IMG/VR virus record: IMGVR_UViG_3300037808_000364 | Coordinates: 1-64,000 of that record | Direction: 5' to 3' (one strand) | Length of the DNA stretch: 64,000 nucleotides | Source of the DNA: a virus | In this document: one piece after another, positions 9,741 to 21,100 of the stretch | How positions within the stretch are numbered: the stretch's first letter is position 1 | Layout of the letters: every line of letters begins with the position of its first letter | The notes under the pieces: model-generated | Databases searched by the model: none | Seen by the model: only the letters and a program-made list of their open reading frames with translations | What the model was told of the DNA's origin: nothing | Program-made: the position numbers and the translations under genes

Positions 9741-10681
9741 AGATTTTGATAACAGGAGGCACAGGGTTTTTGGGGTTGAATATTAGAGATAACCTCAAAC
9801 AGTACTTCCCAGATGATCAAGTTGAGGGCGTAGGGTCTAAGGCTTTTGATCTCACCGATGAGTTTAACACGGAATTGATGTTAGCTGGATATAAGCCAGA
9901 TGTTATCGTTCATGCCGCTGGTAGTGTGGGTGGTATTGGAGCAAACCGAGACAACCCCGGCAAGTTCATGTTCGAGAACTTGATGATGGGAATTCATATT
10001 TTAGAAAAGGCCAGACTGTTAAAAATCCCTAAGGTTGTAATGTTGGGGACGGTTTGTGCTTACCCTAAACACACTCCTGTACCCTTTAAGGAAGAGGATA
10101 TCTGGTACGGTTATCCCGAAGAGACTAACGCACCTTATGGTATTGCCAAAAAGACCCTAATGAGGCTCGGAGAAGCATATGTAGAGCAGTACGGAATGGA
10201 TGTAGTTAACCTAATTCCCGTCAACATGTACGGTCCTTATGATCACTTCAACACTACTACCAGTCATGTAATCCCAGCCCTGATCATGAAGATCCACGAA
10301 GCCATCAAGAATGATGATGATTGGCTTCCAGTTTGGGGCACTGGCAAGGCTTCAAGAGAGTTCTTATACGCCCCAGATTGCGTGGAAGCGATAGCTCAGG
10401 CTATCAAGAAGGATGTGGGGCCAGAACCAATCAATATTGGAACGGGTCAGGAAATCACAATCCACGACTTGGTAGAAGAGATTAGTGTACAAATGGGTTA
10501 TGAGGGTCATTTTGAGTGGGACACTAGTAAACCAGATGGACAACCTCGTAGGTGTCTAAATGTAGATAAAGCCAAGACATTATTGGATTGGGAAGCTAAG
10601 ACTGAATTAAAAGAGGGTCTCAAGAAGACCATTGAATGGTATATCGACCTCGAAAAACTAAAAGAAAAGGAGACAAACTAA
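9737..10681 (+). CDS. fcl: GDP-L-fucose synthase (GDP-4-keto-6-deoxymannose epimerase/reductase)
   Basis: TGGTGFLG, VGGIGAN, LGTVCAYPK, NAPYGIAK (YxxxK), SHVIPALI, WGTG..SREFLY, KPDGQPRR. Confidence 0.95.
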   Translation: MKILITGGTGFLGLNIRDNLKQYFPDDQVEGVGSKAFDLTDEFNTELMLAGYKPDVIVHAAGSVGGIGANRDNPGKFMFENLMMGIHILEKARLLKIPKVVMLGTVCAYPKHTPVPFKEEDIWYGYPEETNAPYGIAKKTLMRLGEAYVEQYGMDVVNLIPVNMYGPYDHFNTTTSHVIPALIMKIHEAIKNDDDWLPVWGTGKASREFLYAPDCVEAIAQAIKKDVGPEPINIGTGQEITIHDLVEEISVQMGYEGHFEWDTSKPDGQPRRCLNVDKAKTLLDWEAKTELKEGLKKTIEWYIDLEKLKEKETN

Positions 10682-11127
10682 TGAAATTAGGGTTTTATGT
10701 AGATACAAACGGTGGCACTCCACGCAATTCGGAGATCTACAACTTCCTCAATCAAGAGGTGGAAAATAACACCCTTGAGGATGCGGCTGTGTTCTTCGAT
10801 ACTGTCGATTTCAATCCGATCCAGACTAAATTCGGGATGTTTGACGCAACAGAATTGTGGCACTTTACGGGCCATCTGATTACTACATCTATAATTGGCA
10901 CTGTAAAAGCAGAGAGCGTGGTCAACAAATTCAAGGTGGCATATCTTTTCAATGCCGCAGATAAGAATGAGCGTACTATTTTTGAATTGATTAGAATAGC
11001 CAATAACCATAAGGTATTGGTAACAAACGAATTGGATGAGAAGGAATTCCTACGACTAACTGGTGTTAAACCAACATTAATGGAAGGGTTTTCTCTACAA
11101 CAAATAAGAGAGGTTTTCGATGAGTGA
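10681..11127 (+). CDS. Hypothetical protein
   Basis: ATG at 10681 in a TAATG overlap, preceded by AAGGAG; no recognised motif. Confidence 0.75.
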   Translation: MKLGFYVDTNGGTPRNSEIYNFLNQEVENNTLEDAAVFFDTVDFNPIQTKFGMFDATELWHFTGHLITTSIIGTVKAESVVNKFKVAYLFNAADKNERTIFELIRIANNHKVLVTNELDEKEFLRLTGVKPTLMEGFSLQQIREVFDE

Positions 11128-11881
11128 TTTTGAACAAACGGTCCTAAAGATGTATGATGACGATAACAGCACATATGTTATTGCTAAACATCTTGACACG
11201 TACCCTAATAAGATTCGCCGCACCCTGCTGAAGCACGGTCGTAAGCTGAAGGACCGAAGTAGTGCCCAAAAGGCCGCACTGGACTCAGGCCGTAGTAAAC
11301 ATCCAACCGCTGGTAAGACACGCTCTAAGGAAGAACGTGTTAAGATCAGTAGTAGTCTGGAAGTCTACTGGAATACCATGAGCGATGAGGAACGTAATCG
11401 CCGTGTAGATATGGCGAAAGAAAACTGGAATAAGATGACCGACAAGCAGAAGGAAACCATGCGTGCTAAGGGCGTCAAAGCGATCCGCGTGGCCGCTTCA
11501 GAAGGGTCTAAACTGGAGAAGATTTTCGAGGAAAGAATCGAAGAATCCGGGTACAAAGTTGAGTTACATAAACTCATAATTCCAGCAGAAAAGCTGGAAA
11601 TTGACCTGTATATTCCGGAGTTGAAGACTATAATAGAGGTAGACGGGCCTTCTCACTTCTTACCAATTTGGGGAGAAGAGAAGCTGCAAAAACAGATGAA
11701 TGCAGACTTGAGAAAGAACGGCTCTCTGCTTACGAAAGGATATGCTGTGATTCGCGTGAAATCACTAGGACAGGAATCCTTGGCGAAACGAGAAGACCTA
11801 ATCGAACAGGTCTTGGCTCACATTGAAAAGATCAATGATAAGTTTCCGTCAAGAAACAAACGTTTTATAGAGGTGGAGTAA
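11120..11881 (+). CDS. DUF559/Vsr-like PD-(D/E)xK endonuclease with N-terminal HTH and NUMOD3-like helical region (homing-endonuclease-like)
   Basis: IAKHLDTYPNKIRR (HTH), GKTRSKEERVKIS (NUMOD3-like), SKLE...EIDLYIPELKTIIEVDGPSH...GYAVIRV. Confidence 0.75.
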   Translation: MSDFEQTVLKMYDDDNSTYVIAKHLDTYPNKIRRTLLKHGRKLKDRSSAQKAALDSGRSKHPTAGKTRSKEERVKISSSLEVYWNTMSDEERNRRVDMAKENWNKMTDKQKETMRAKGVKAIRVAASEGSKLEKIFEERIEESGYKVELHKLIIPAEKLEIDLYIPELKTIIEVDGPSHFLPIWGEEKLQKQMNADLRKNGSLLTKGYAVIRVKSLGQESLAKREDLIEQVLAHIEKINDKFPSRNKRFIEVE

Positions 11882-12658
11882 ATGGCAGAAGATGATTTGT
11901 TTGAGGGTACTGAACTAGAGAGTCCGTCAACGGAAGCTATGAAAGCGACTGGAAGTGTGGACAAGATCGTTCTGGATGGTCCGAGTAGGACTTCTCCGGA
12001 GTGGAACGACTGGGTCATGTCTCTGTTTGAAGACAGTGAGATGTTCGCTGAACGTCCAACCTGTGCTGGATTGAGACGTGTAGCAGAATTGGTATTAGGG
12101 CCAGTGATTGAGAGTCGTCCCACTCAGGTATTCCCACCAAGCACTCATGATGAGATTGGACGAGCAACGGTCGTATGGGAAGTGAGATTTTGTACGGGGC
12201 AAGTATTTGCCGACGTAGCCGACTGTTGGGAAGGAAACACAGATGACGCATTCTGTGTGTTTAACACTGCAACAGCAGCTACACGGGCTGAGAGTCGTGC
12301 TTTGCGGAAGGCTCTTGGAATCAAGACAGCTTCTTCAGAGGAAATGACAAGCAAGAACACCGCCAGTATCGTAAAAGAACTGAGTGGCAAGAAGAATTCT
12401 TCGACGGAGGGTGAATATGACAATTCGGGGAGGATGACAGATCCTCAAGCCAACTTCATTGACATTAAAGCAAAGCAGTTGGATATCAATGTGACGAAAT
12501 TTTTCAAAGACGTATTCAAAATCAATGTTAGCCGTAAGGTTGACAAACGGCAAGCGAGTGACGCGATTGAAAAACTAAACGAGTATCAAGGCGATAAGTC
12601 GTTGATTCCAGATTCTATTTTTTCTTACCAAAATGATTGGAGAAGCACGAGCAAATGA
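11882..12658 (+). CDS. Putative ssDNA-annealing/recombination protein (Rad52/Sak-like)
   Basis: beta-beta-beta-alpha core ending ATAATRAESRALRKALGI; C-terminal MTDPQANFI...ASDAIEKL element often seen on phage SSAPs. Confidence 0.5.
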   Translation: MAEDDLFEGTELESPSTEAMKATGSVDKIVLDGPSRTSPEWNDWVMSLFEDSEMFAERPTCAGLRRVAELVLGPVIESRPTQVFPPSTHDEIGRATVVWEVRFCTGQVFADVADCWEGNTDDAFCVFNTATAATRAESRALRKALGIKTASSEEMTSKNTASIVKELSGKKNSSTEGEYDNSGRMTDPQANFIDIKAKQLDINVTKFFKDVFKINVSRKVDKRQASDAIEKLNEYQGDKSLIPDSIFSYQNDWRSTSK

Positions 12659-12993
12659 AGGTTAACTACCAAACAGGAAACGGTCGATTGAGTGTGGCAC
12701 TAGAGGGAGATGGTCAGGCTGATATCTTCCACGAAATCTCACGTTTTCAAGAGGTGTTTGAGCAGAACACTTGTGGTAAATGTGGGAACGAGGATATTCG
12801 CTTTGTTGTTCGAAACAATGACGATAATCTGTACCACGAACTACACTGTAAGGATCTCGGTTGTCGAGCCAAGCTGGCGTTCGGTGCCCACAAGAAGGGC
12901 GGCGGCTTGTTCCCTAAACGCAAGGATGGCGATGACTGGCTACCTAATGGTGGCTGGGTACGGTGGAATAAAGAGAAGGGTGTGAACGAATAA
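12655..12993 (+). CDS. Hypothetical Zn-ribbon protein
   Basis: CGKC...C.DLGC cysteine pairs; ATG at 12655 in an ATGA overlap. Confidence 0.7.
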   Translation: MKVNYQTGNGRLSVALEGDGQADIFHEISRFQEVFEQNTCGKCGNEDIRFVVRNNDDNLYHELHCKDLGCRAKLAFGAHKKGGGLFPKRKDGDDWLPNGGWVRWNKEKGVNE

Positions 12994-13024
12994 GAGGCAT
13001 TGTTAGATACCTCTACCAACGAAG

Positions 13025-13054
13025 AAGCCCCGGCCAAATGGTCGGGGCTTTTTC
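13025..13054 (+). terminator. Rho-independent terminator between convergent arms (probably bidirectional)
   Basis: AAGCCCCGGCC-AAAT-GGTCGGGGCTT stem-loop followed by TTTCT, in the gap between convergent genes. Confidence 0.85.
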
Positions 13055-13075
13055 TATTTGAGGCTTTGAGTTGGC

Positions 13076-13843
13076 TTACAGGTACTCAAGCGTGAAGTAC
13101 AGACCAAAATCCGTCTTACTTCCGATACTGTCCGGTGAAGCACTCATCGCAATGAACCAGTCGTGACGAGTGGCACGGCAGGATTCACCTGACTGAGAAA
13201 TCCAGTTAGTGTAAGCTCCGTCTCCAGTCGCCAGCACTTCGCTGGAGTTGGTATTCAGCCCACTTGGGCCGGGACCAGCGGTCATAACCATGTCGGTCAT
13301 AGAGAAACCGTCAGCAAACTGTGTCCAACCGTGTGCGTCAGTAACGCCACGATGCTTCAATGGGCCAATGTCGTTACCAAAGTCAACTCCCTCAGTGGGA
13401 TGTGGATGGCGTACTTCGTAAACCTGTGTAGTCACACCACTAGCATGTTGTGCGATATCAGAGCGGTCGAAGATACGTAGTTTACAGTTTTGGACCCTAA
13501 CTCCCTCAGAGTGCTCAAATCGAATATTGAGAGGGGCCGCGATGTTGGGAATACCAGATGTGCCAGTGGTTACACCGCCCTGAATCTGAACCCCACTATT
13601 GGGGAAGGCAACAGTATCACTGTATTTAGTGTTGGAGCACCTAACCCCAGATGCAGTACCATTTGAGTTGGTTACGTACATTGTGGTCTGATAGTCATTT
13701 ACCGGGACAGAAATACCGAAACCACCACCAAAGAAGCCCATACCGGAGCCTGCCGCGTGGTCGATCAAATCAGGGGGATTTGTCGGATTGCTAGGGTAAA
13801 TGCTGTTATTGTTAGCATGAAACGTGATTGCTGCCATATTCAT
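13076..13843 (-). CDS. Putative virion structural protein
   Basis: Beta-rich and SG-rich; has its own promoter motif and AAGGAG RBS; last gene of the structural arm. Confidence 0.7.
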   Translation of the reverse strand: MNMAAITFHANNNSIYPSNPTNPPDLIDHAAGSGMGFFGGGFGISVPVNDYQTTMYVTNSNGTASGVRCSNTKYSDTVAFPNSGVQIQGGVTTGTSGIPNIAAPLNIRFEHSEGVRVQNCKLRIFDRSDIAQHASGVTTQVYEVRHPHPTEGVDFGNDIGPLKHRGVTDAHGWTQFADGFSMTDMVMTAGPGPSGLNTNSSEVLATGDGAYTNWISQSGESCRATRHDWFIAMSASPDSIGSKTDFGLYFTLEYL

Positions 13844-13872
13844 CGATCTCCTTGTTTGAAAGATTCTGTAGT

Positions 13873-13886
13873 ATTATACACAAAAG
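13873..13886 (-). promoter_or_regulatory. Candidate late promoter CTTTTGTGTATAAT
   Basis: 14-bp exact match to 47866-47879; intergenic, 30 bp upstream of a start codon; contains TATAAT. Confidence 0.7.
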
Positions 13887-13892
13887 GTGTGA

Positions 13893-16800
13893 TTATCGTG
13901 GGTTAATCTTAACTGTGATATGTTGTTCGTGGGCTGGTGTTTGATTGTTACCAATATAATTAGTAGGACTAGATCCATGAAAATGTTCTTGCGAAGCCAT
14001 CCACGTCATAGTGATATCATTGTGGAAATGGAAGAATACGTCATATTCTTTGTTGTCGGAATATAAAGTTGGATCTAAGGTATAACTAATTCCATAGGTT
14101 TCATTGACGAAGGCTCCCGCTTCCGCTGCCGCGTCGTGCCCAGTATTAGGCCCAGTACTTTGCGAAACATCAGATGCGACCCTCACAATTTCCTCACCGT
14201 CTCGCTTCATTAGGTAGGGCTTAGGGTCTATCATATCTACATAATAAACACTAATGGACACAAAGTAAGCATCAAAGCCCTCTCCCGCCTCCGTAGAGAG
14301 CGTACCAAGCGTAATAGGACCGTTGGTATCAGAATTGAACTTATCGTCGTGAGCGGCTGTCTGAGACTCTGAGAAGCCAGTCCCTCTACTAATACATTTT
14401 AATTCCTTTATAGCTCCCTGAGTATCTCCGGAATTCTCTTCCACAGTCTCAACTTTAAACACAATATCATCCAATCCAACGGTATCCCCAGCCACATATC
14501 CAGTACCTTTGCTTTTTACACACATTTTACCTAAAATGGTAGACGCTGGCATATTATCAAAGTTTGGAGTGTCAAGATGTTGAGCGGGATCATTGGGCGA
14601 TCCAGTTCCATCTATAACAAACTTGGTTCCTACGGGGATTGAAATACCAACCTCTTGCTTTCTATACTTAAATGGTAGTAATTTTCCAGTACGACTACTA
14701 TCAATAACCCAATATTTTTCCGCCATAACTGGACCAAACGGAGTTGTATCGTTCATCACCACATCTGAGAAAATATGATCATCAATCTGTACATTTTGAG
14801 GGTAATATTGTTCAAAATTTTCATGACCTTCGCCTAAGTTAGGATTGATATGTTTAGCATTCCTAGTCATACCCCTGAGATCCACTACGCTGAAAGAGTC
14901 CTGATAATAATATTGATATTTGATATTCTGTCCATTACTACTTACCCCATCTATCTCGGTTGAGAGCTGCGGTGTACGGTAAAAGGCTTCAGTTGTGCCG
15001 TCGTCTTTCATATACAGGTCGTTAGCATATCTCACATCTGGGTTGAAGTGATGTACGGCGAACGTCCTAGGGTCAAAGAGGGTCTGGTCCCTAGGGTGTT
15101 GTTGGTAAATACGAACACTTAAGTCTGGAATATTCTCTTGTCTGTAAGAATCACGAAGCTGGGACACACCCCAAGTTTTATCTTGGTGTTGATAGCCATT
15201 AGAGATAGAGAAAGGTATGTTACCCCAACCTGCTGCACCCATACCATAAATGTTATCAGTAGAGAAATCAATCCTTTCATTAGCTTTGATGGTATTGAAT
15301 GTTGTAATTACACCATAAGCATTACCACCCTTATTTTTCCAGAAACCGGCACCCGACTCCCTAAACCCCTCAGTCCACTTCATGGGTCCATATTCCTTAT
15401 TCCAATATAAATAATCGTGATATTGATTATAAGAACGTTGAACGGTTGTGTCGTTGTTGTATTTGTTCTCTATGTCTCCACCCCATTTTAAACCATATTC
15501 TGTTGTCCACAGGTCTGCGTGTCCGTCTGCCTTTTCCCTATCTTCAAAGAATGCCGTACATGGGCGTTCATTATCCTTCTGAGTTCTACGTGCTTCAACA
15601 CTAAACCCTGTTCTGTGATTGCCAGCCGACGTTTTAGATAGGTCTGTAACCCGAGATTCATCAGCAGAACGTGGATCATCTCCAAATTGAATATATCCCT
15701 CCATTTTTAGAGGGCGGAACATTAGGGTGTCTCTCTTTTTTGGTGTAAAGTCAAACGCACTGTCATATTTTGATACCACATCTTCACCAGAGTATCCTTT
15801 ACCCAACCATATACCTTGTAAGAAAGCCTTACTAACTTCTTGATATTTGGCGTTGTAGATAACCCCATTAGGAGTGTGAAAATTTTTAAATCTATGTACT
15901 GGATATAATGGGCTACCATTAGCTCCAGATGGTGACGCATTAGTCATCACGTCTGCTGGAAATTGTATACAAGACTGGTTTTTGTCTACTGTGTGACCAT
16001 AAAACAGGCTAGCAGAATATTCATTACTATATCTTTCCCAGTGATTATTTGAATCAGAGAGTTGTTCATCAAATCTTGCTCTAGTAGGAAGTCTACAATT
16101 ATTTCTATTTTTTTGTCCGTCAGTAGCTGAGAGTGTAGCTACATCGTTATTGCCGGGCTGAGGATCTATGTAATTATTAGTATCAAGACCCGGTGGGGTT
16201 CCCAGAGATTCTGCTGAGATATTATATCCACGCCCCTTAACTAGATGTGGAGATGTATCCACATATCCCTCTGGAAAGACACATCCAAAGAAAACCGCAG
16301 AGTGAGCAGCATTTCTTGAACCAAAAGACTCAGGACCGGGAATTGTGTGCCCCGCTGCATTCAATGTGGCACTAGTTGTTGATATAGAACACTTATCCTC
16401 CCACTTATCCCCATTATGATTTTCCTTACCACGAATACCGCAAAGTTTTTGATCTAGGTAATCAAAAGATGTTGTTTGTGCGTATCCATTGTCTAGATAG
16501 ACCTCTTTGATGTCGTTAGTATTAAAGGTGGAGATTTTATCCCAACCACCACTAATGCCATAGTCTACATTACTATTTATGTCATCGCCCTCATAATACA
16601 GCTTGTGGAAGAATAACTCAGCCTCTCTTGGTGTAAAGTCCTTACGGTTTTTGTCTTTGAAGAAGAATCGAGAGTTAGTCATCATGTAGGTGAACTCACC
16701 CCATTTACCTACCTCTCCAGTGACAGTATCATCGTCCTCTAGTAGATTCTCACCCATAGCAGATACATGCCAAACACTGTCAATACGTGTAAGCATAACC

Positions 16801-18116
16801 TCTTCGTCCCGATTAAACTGACGCTGGGTACTGAAGTTGTAGACTGTTAGGGTCTCTTTTTCAACACTACCAGTGGAGCACCTGACATCATCTGGCTCAA
16901 GATAGTTTGGTTGCCACTGTAGAGGGTTTCCGTTTTGGGGGCGAATAGGCATAGCAATCCCAGTAGTGGGAATAAACTTCACACCTTCATATTCATCATT
17001 ATCCAGTGCGTCGGTAGTATTAGAAGACTCTAAATATTCAACCGTTGGTACGCTGGGCTTACCTATCTTAGTAACCATCTTAGCGAACAGAGTGGGGGAA
17101 CCGCCCTCCCATTTCTTGGTTATGGGATTCATAGACAGATCTATGTCTCCAACGCCCTGAGAAGCCACATCGTCAGGATTGTATTCTGTGTGTCCACCGT
17201 CCGTCTTAGTACCGAATAGTTTTCCTGTTACATCACGACGTGGAGCTACGTATTTTAGACTCTTAAGGGTGACCGTATTAGCCGAAACGTCCGAAGAGGC
17301 ACTGTCGAAGAGATGTAGTTTGAAGGGAATCCACTCGGTAATACCTTGATCACAAAGATGACCCTCATTAATGTAAAACGTAACCTCTCCACTCCACTCT
17401 ATATACGGCCCTAGTTTAGAGGTCTTAATATCTGTTAGAAATTCATGGGAAGCAAACAGTTGTTTGGTATTCTGACCGGCTATATTGCTATTAGGCTCGT
17501 CTTTATCCCATGTAGATCTCGGATTGAAGTCAGAGAACGCTGACATGTAACGGTTTAAGTTGACCACATCATAAATGGGAGATAAGTTCTCTAACCCATC
17601 AGTCGCATCGTAATCATACACGTTGTTTTTGAAGTTCAGACTACCATCCAGTGTTCCACCAACAATATACTTGGTTGGATCACCTACCGTCGAGATAAGG
17701 GTGTTGTCAATTGTTACCTCTCCAACAGCAGATGAAAACGTCCAAGGGTTACTACCCGAAGGAGATCCCGTATTACCGTCATATGTAGACAAGTCGTACT
17801 TCTTGTATACACCAGCGTTCTCTAACTCCTTATTGGGTTTCCAACCATTCCAAAAGAATTCAGTGTCTGTTGATATACCAAGGAGATCTCCAATACTATT
17901 AGTTGGATCACCCAACGTTGAAGGTATCTGATTATTGATACATTTACGATGTAAATACACGCCTTCATGGCTTTTTTCATTCCACCAAGCGGAAAGGCTG
18001 GGGATCGTAAATGATCCAAGTCCCAACTCTATCAAATACGGATGAGTAGTGGTAATCAGGTGATAATCTGACTTGTTGTTTCCAGCAATTTTGTCTGTTA
18101 TTATTGGTTGAGCCAT
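13893..18116 (-). CDS. Large putative tail-tip/baseplate-associated protein
   Basis: 1407 aa downstream of the tail module; C-terminal VKSKGTGYVAGD / ISRGTGF repeats like those in phage fibre and wedge proteins. Confidence 0.6.
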   Translation of the reverse strand: MAQPIITDKIAGNNKSDYHLITTTHPYLIELGLGSFTIPSLSAWWNEKSHEGVYLHRKCINNQIPSTLGDPTNSIGDLLGISTDTEFFWNGWKPNKELENAGVYKKYDLSTYDGNTGSPSGSNPWTFSSAVGEVTIDNTLISTVGDPTKYIVGGTLDGSLNFKNNVYDYDATDGLENLSPIYDVVNLNRYMSAFSDFNPRSTWDKDEPNSNIAGQNTKQLFASHEFLTDIKTSKLGPYIEWSGEVTFYINEGHLCDQGITEWIPFKLHLFDSASSDVSANTVTLKSLKYVAPRRDVTGKLFGTKTDGGHTEYNPDDVASQGVGDIDLSMNPITKKWEGGSPTLFAKMVTKIGKPSVPTVEYLESSNTTDALDNDEYEGVKFIPTTGIAMPIRPQNGNPLQWQPNYLEPDDVRCSTGSVEKETLTVYNFSTQRQFNRDEEVMLTRIDSVWHVSAMGENLLEDDDTVTGEVGKWGEFTYMMTNSRFFFKDKNRKDFTPREAELFFHKLYYEGDDINSNVDYGISGGWDKISTFNTNDIKEVYLDNGYAQTTSFDYLDQKLCGIRGKENHNGDKWEDKCSISTTSATLNAAGHTIPGPESFGSRNAAHSAVFFGCVFPEGYVDTSPHLVKGRGYNISAESLGTPPGLDTNNYIDPQPGNNDVATLSATDGQKNRNNCRLPTRARFDEQLSDSNNHWERYSNEYSASLFYGHTVDKNQSCIQFPADVMTNASPSGANGSPLYPVHRFKNFHTPNGVIYNAKYQEVSKAFLQGIWLGKGYSGEDVVSKYDSAFDFTPKKRDTLMFRPLKMEGYIQFGDDPRSADESRVTDLSKTSAGNHRTGFSVEARRTQKDNERPCTAFFEDREKADGHADLWTTEYGLKWGGDIENKYNNDTTVQRSYNQYHDYLYWNKEYGPMKWTEGFRESGAGFWKNKGGNAYGVITTFNTIKANERIDFSTDNIYGMGAAGWGNIPFSISNGYQHQDKTWGVSQLRDSYRQENIPDLSVRIYQQHPRDQTLFDPRTFAVHHFNPDVRYANDLYMKDDGTTEAFYRTPQLSTEIDGVSSNGQNIKYQYYYQDSFSVVDLRGMTRNAKHINPNLGEGHENFEQYYPQNVQIDDHIFSDVVMNDTTPFGPVMAEKYWVIDSSRTGKLLPFKYRKQEVGISIPVGTKFVIDGTGSPNDPAQHLDTPNFDNMPASTILGKMCVKSKGTGYVAGDTVGLDDIVFKVETVEENSGDTQGAIKELKCISRGTGFSESQTAAHDDKFNSDTNGPITLGTLSTEAGEGFDAYFVSISVYYVDMIDPKPYLMKRDGEEIVRVASDVSQSTGPNTGHDAAAEAGAFVNETYGISYTLDPTLYSDNKEYDVFFHFHNDITMTWMASQEHFHGSSPTNYIGNNQTPAHEQHITVKINPR

Positions 18117-18126
18117 AGTTCTTCCT

Positions 18127-21100
18127 TTATTCCCTTTGAAAAGCGTTATTAAATCTTTCCGACATCCAGCTTATTACGCTAATATCTTCGCTAGGTAAAT
18201 TAGCGTTCGGTCCCGATGTGATAGCTCTATATAAAGATGCCAATGGAGTTACAGCGATTTGTGCTATCTCGCTACTACGTTCTAACAACGACATATCATC
18301 GCTGAAACCCTCTGGAGTTGTTGTTTTTCCACCCTCTTTTCCAATAGCTAATATTTGCTGTGGCACAACTTTTCCCACGTCAGCATGAGCCTGAGCCTGA
18401 TTAGCGGTAGCAGAGGCTATGTCCAGCATTGCTTTACCGCCAGCCTGCATAACCGTATTTACTAAGTCAGAACTTGTCTGACGTTTACCTAAACCTCTGC
18501 GAATAGCATTATTCTTCTCGTCTAGGGTACGCTGTCTCTCCCTAGCCACTTGACTGATCGACATTTCTTTTTGCTTTTGTAATTTACCAAAGCTGGATGT
18601 ATACAAGTCCATTTTAACGGTCGTCTTAACACCGTTGCTACCGTCTACAGCTATACCAATAGAGGTAATTAACGGCCCACCAGCTTGTAAAGCTGAAGCT
18701 AGGGCGATTCCAGTTGGGGCATCAGGCATAACAAACCCACCCCGCTCACTGAATAACAGTAAGCTATTAGAGAAGTTAGCCTGTAGAGAACCAGCCTCGT
18801 CCATTAGTTGGTATCCAGCATAGTTCCAAGGGGCCAAGTTTTCATCTTTAACGAATTCAACCCTACCTCCAATGTTCGAATATTTGACCCTAGCGTCTGC
18901 TGTAAAGTCTAGTTGACTAGCAGACATCCAAGGTCCGTAACAGCGTTCCTCAGACATTAGGGGAATAGCTACAATATCCGGAAAAATAGGAGATGGTGAA
19001 GAAAACCCTACTTTGTTTTGAGGTTGAGCAAGAGAAAAACCCTTCAAAACGGTCTTAGTAAGAGTCCTTGCGGAACTCACCTCTTCTAGAGTTAATCTTA
19101 TCCAATCTTTCTCCGAGCCGGGACTATACCCACTGGGTGCAGATGGATTTACCTTCATTTCTGCTATTGTAGGACGAAAATATGCGTTGGTTAGACCATA
19201 TTCAGTAGCATTTGCCCTAGCTTTTTTTAAACCATCGAGGCTAAAGTCGTGAATAGGAGGATCTCCACATGGAGGATTCACAGAACTAATATCCGCCTTT
19301 GGCATACTAGGCTTAGAAAACTCTGGGATCTTAACAACATCTTGCGTCATCAAGTGTTTAATCTGTACAGTATTATACGCTTGCTTAGGCCCATCCTTCC
19401 ATCTCGCGTCTATAGTACTCTTAATCCTACCCGGAACTGTAATAAGTGCGTAGACATGCTCATCGTCTAGGTTAGGAATAGCGGTGTCTACAATGAAAGC
19501 GTCAAGGTTTTTATCGTACACACGTTTGAAATCAGTCCAATTAGCTGATGAGTCTGAGCCACCATCCTTGGGAACCCCAAAAATAGGTTGAGAACGTGGA
19601 ATATGATTTGAGAATGTTACAGTACAGTCCTCATTAACGGTTTCTACCAATTCCACCTCAGGAACGGCAAATCTCATATTGTATAGATTAGCCCATACAG
19701 ATCTATCCTTCGCTTCTAATTGAGGAGGAAGAAACACAACTTCTTCTACGGAACATTTGACAAAGGCTACTGAATTTTGCTTACGTATTTTTCGTTGTTG
19801 GTCTTTTTCAAGCTCCTTAATAGAATCAAACGAAGTCTCTGCGTCTATATTGTTGTTGGGTAGATCTTCAATGATATCTGGAACAAAATGACCAGCTTCT
19901 GTGATAACCTGCTGGGTCATGTCTTCTGTGTTCACACCAGTAAAATCTAGAGTGTGGCTATTATTATACTTCACATAACACTGAAGACGGTTGGAATCTG
20001 AGAGTAAATTTTTTGTATCAATAGGGACTAAGCCCTGCTTCATAGCAACGGGTAAAGACCCAAAAGGAATAGTTCCGTTCACATAATCTAGGGACGTAAA
20101 ATTACTACCAAACAAGGAGTGACTGTAAAATCCACCCTGAGGCTCTGGCTTGTAGTTCCATTCCCACTTCTCGGAAAATGGGTTATAGTTACCCTTCATA
20201 GCACCGTCGGTATAGTTATCAGAACTTCCTAGTTTAGCACTACCATCTGGAAATGCAGGATCGGCATAATCCTCAAGGTAGTGATGAAATAGTCCATTCT
20301 CGTCTACGCCGCGAGTACCTTTAAGTGTGTTTATAGTTTGGGCAAAATCTGAGCTAGACGCATAATTTGGATCAGAACTAATAGGTCTTGGTGCGAATCC
20401 GAATGGGCCAGACTCTACATTATGAGGGTCTGTACCACTAAACGTTTTGATATTCACACTATAGTTCAGATTACACGCTTTTGGTAGTCTGACCAAGAAT
20501 TTCTTACCCAAGCACTCATCTGCGATCTTACGAACGAATTCGTATACCTTCTTAGAATTCTCAAAGTGCTTTTTGGCTGTTTTACCTATATTAAGCATAA
20601 ACTGAGCCATAGTAGGGTCTTTTGTTTCTATGTTTTCCACATATGAAACTATATCACCTGCGTCCTTTGCGTTTTTAGCTAAACTATCAAGGTTTTGATA
20701 AATAACTTCGCCTTCCGAAATAGCCGCAACTAACGATTTATACTTAGCTGACTTCTTATATTCATCAGGCTTGTTAGACGTAATATAGGATTTTCTTAGT
20801 TCTTCCTGTTTAACTTTTAACTCAGCGAGGTAGTCATGTAACTTGGTGTCTCCAAGACCCATGAGTGGAGAATCTTGATTTTCCAGATCTTGCTTCAAGT
20901 TAGCAACGTCAGAAACAATTCGAGTTTTGGCGTTTACAATATTGCCTACACCAGCTTCAATAATACCTATACGTGTGGCACGCCTGTAATACAATGGATA
21001 ACCAAGAGGTGGAGAGCATGGGCTGGCAGGGTAACCGTCTTCTGTCATTTCTGGTTTGTCGGATGCCCAAACGCAGCGGGGAACCGTAACGGCAAACTGC

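Noticed and set aside
1-12993. Bacterial capsule/LPS locus or giant-virus (NCLDV) origin
   Set aside because: No Wzx/Wzy/ABC export or membrane proteins; contiguous with tailed-phage morphogenesis genes; bacterial-type RBS and gene overlaps
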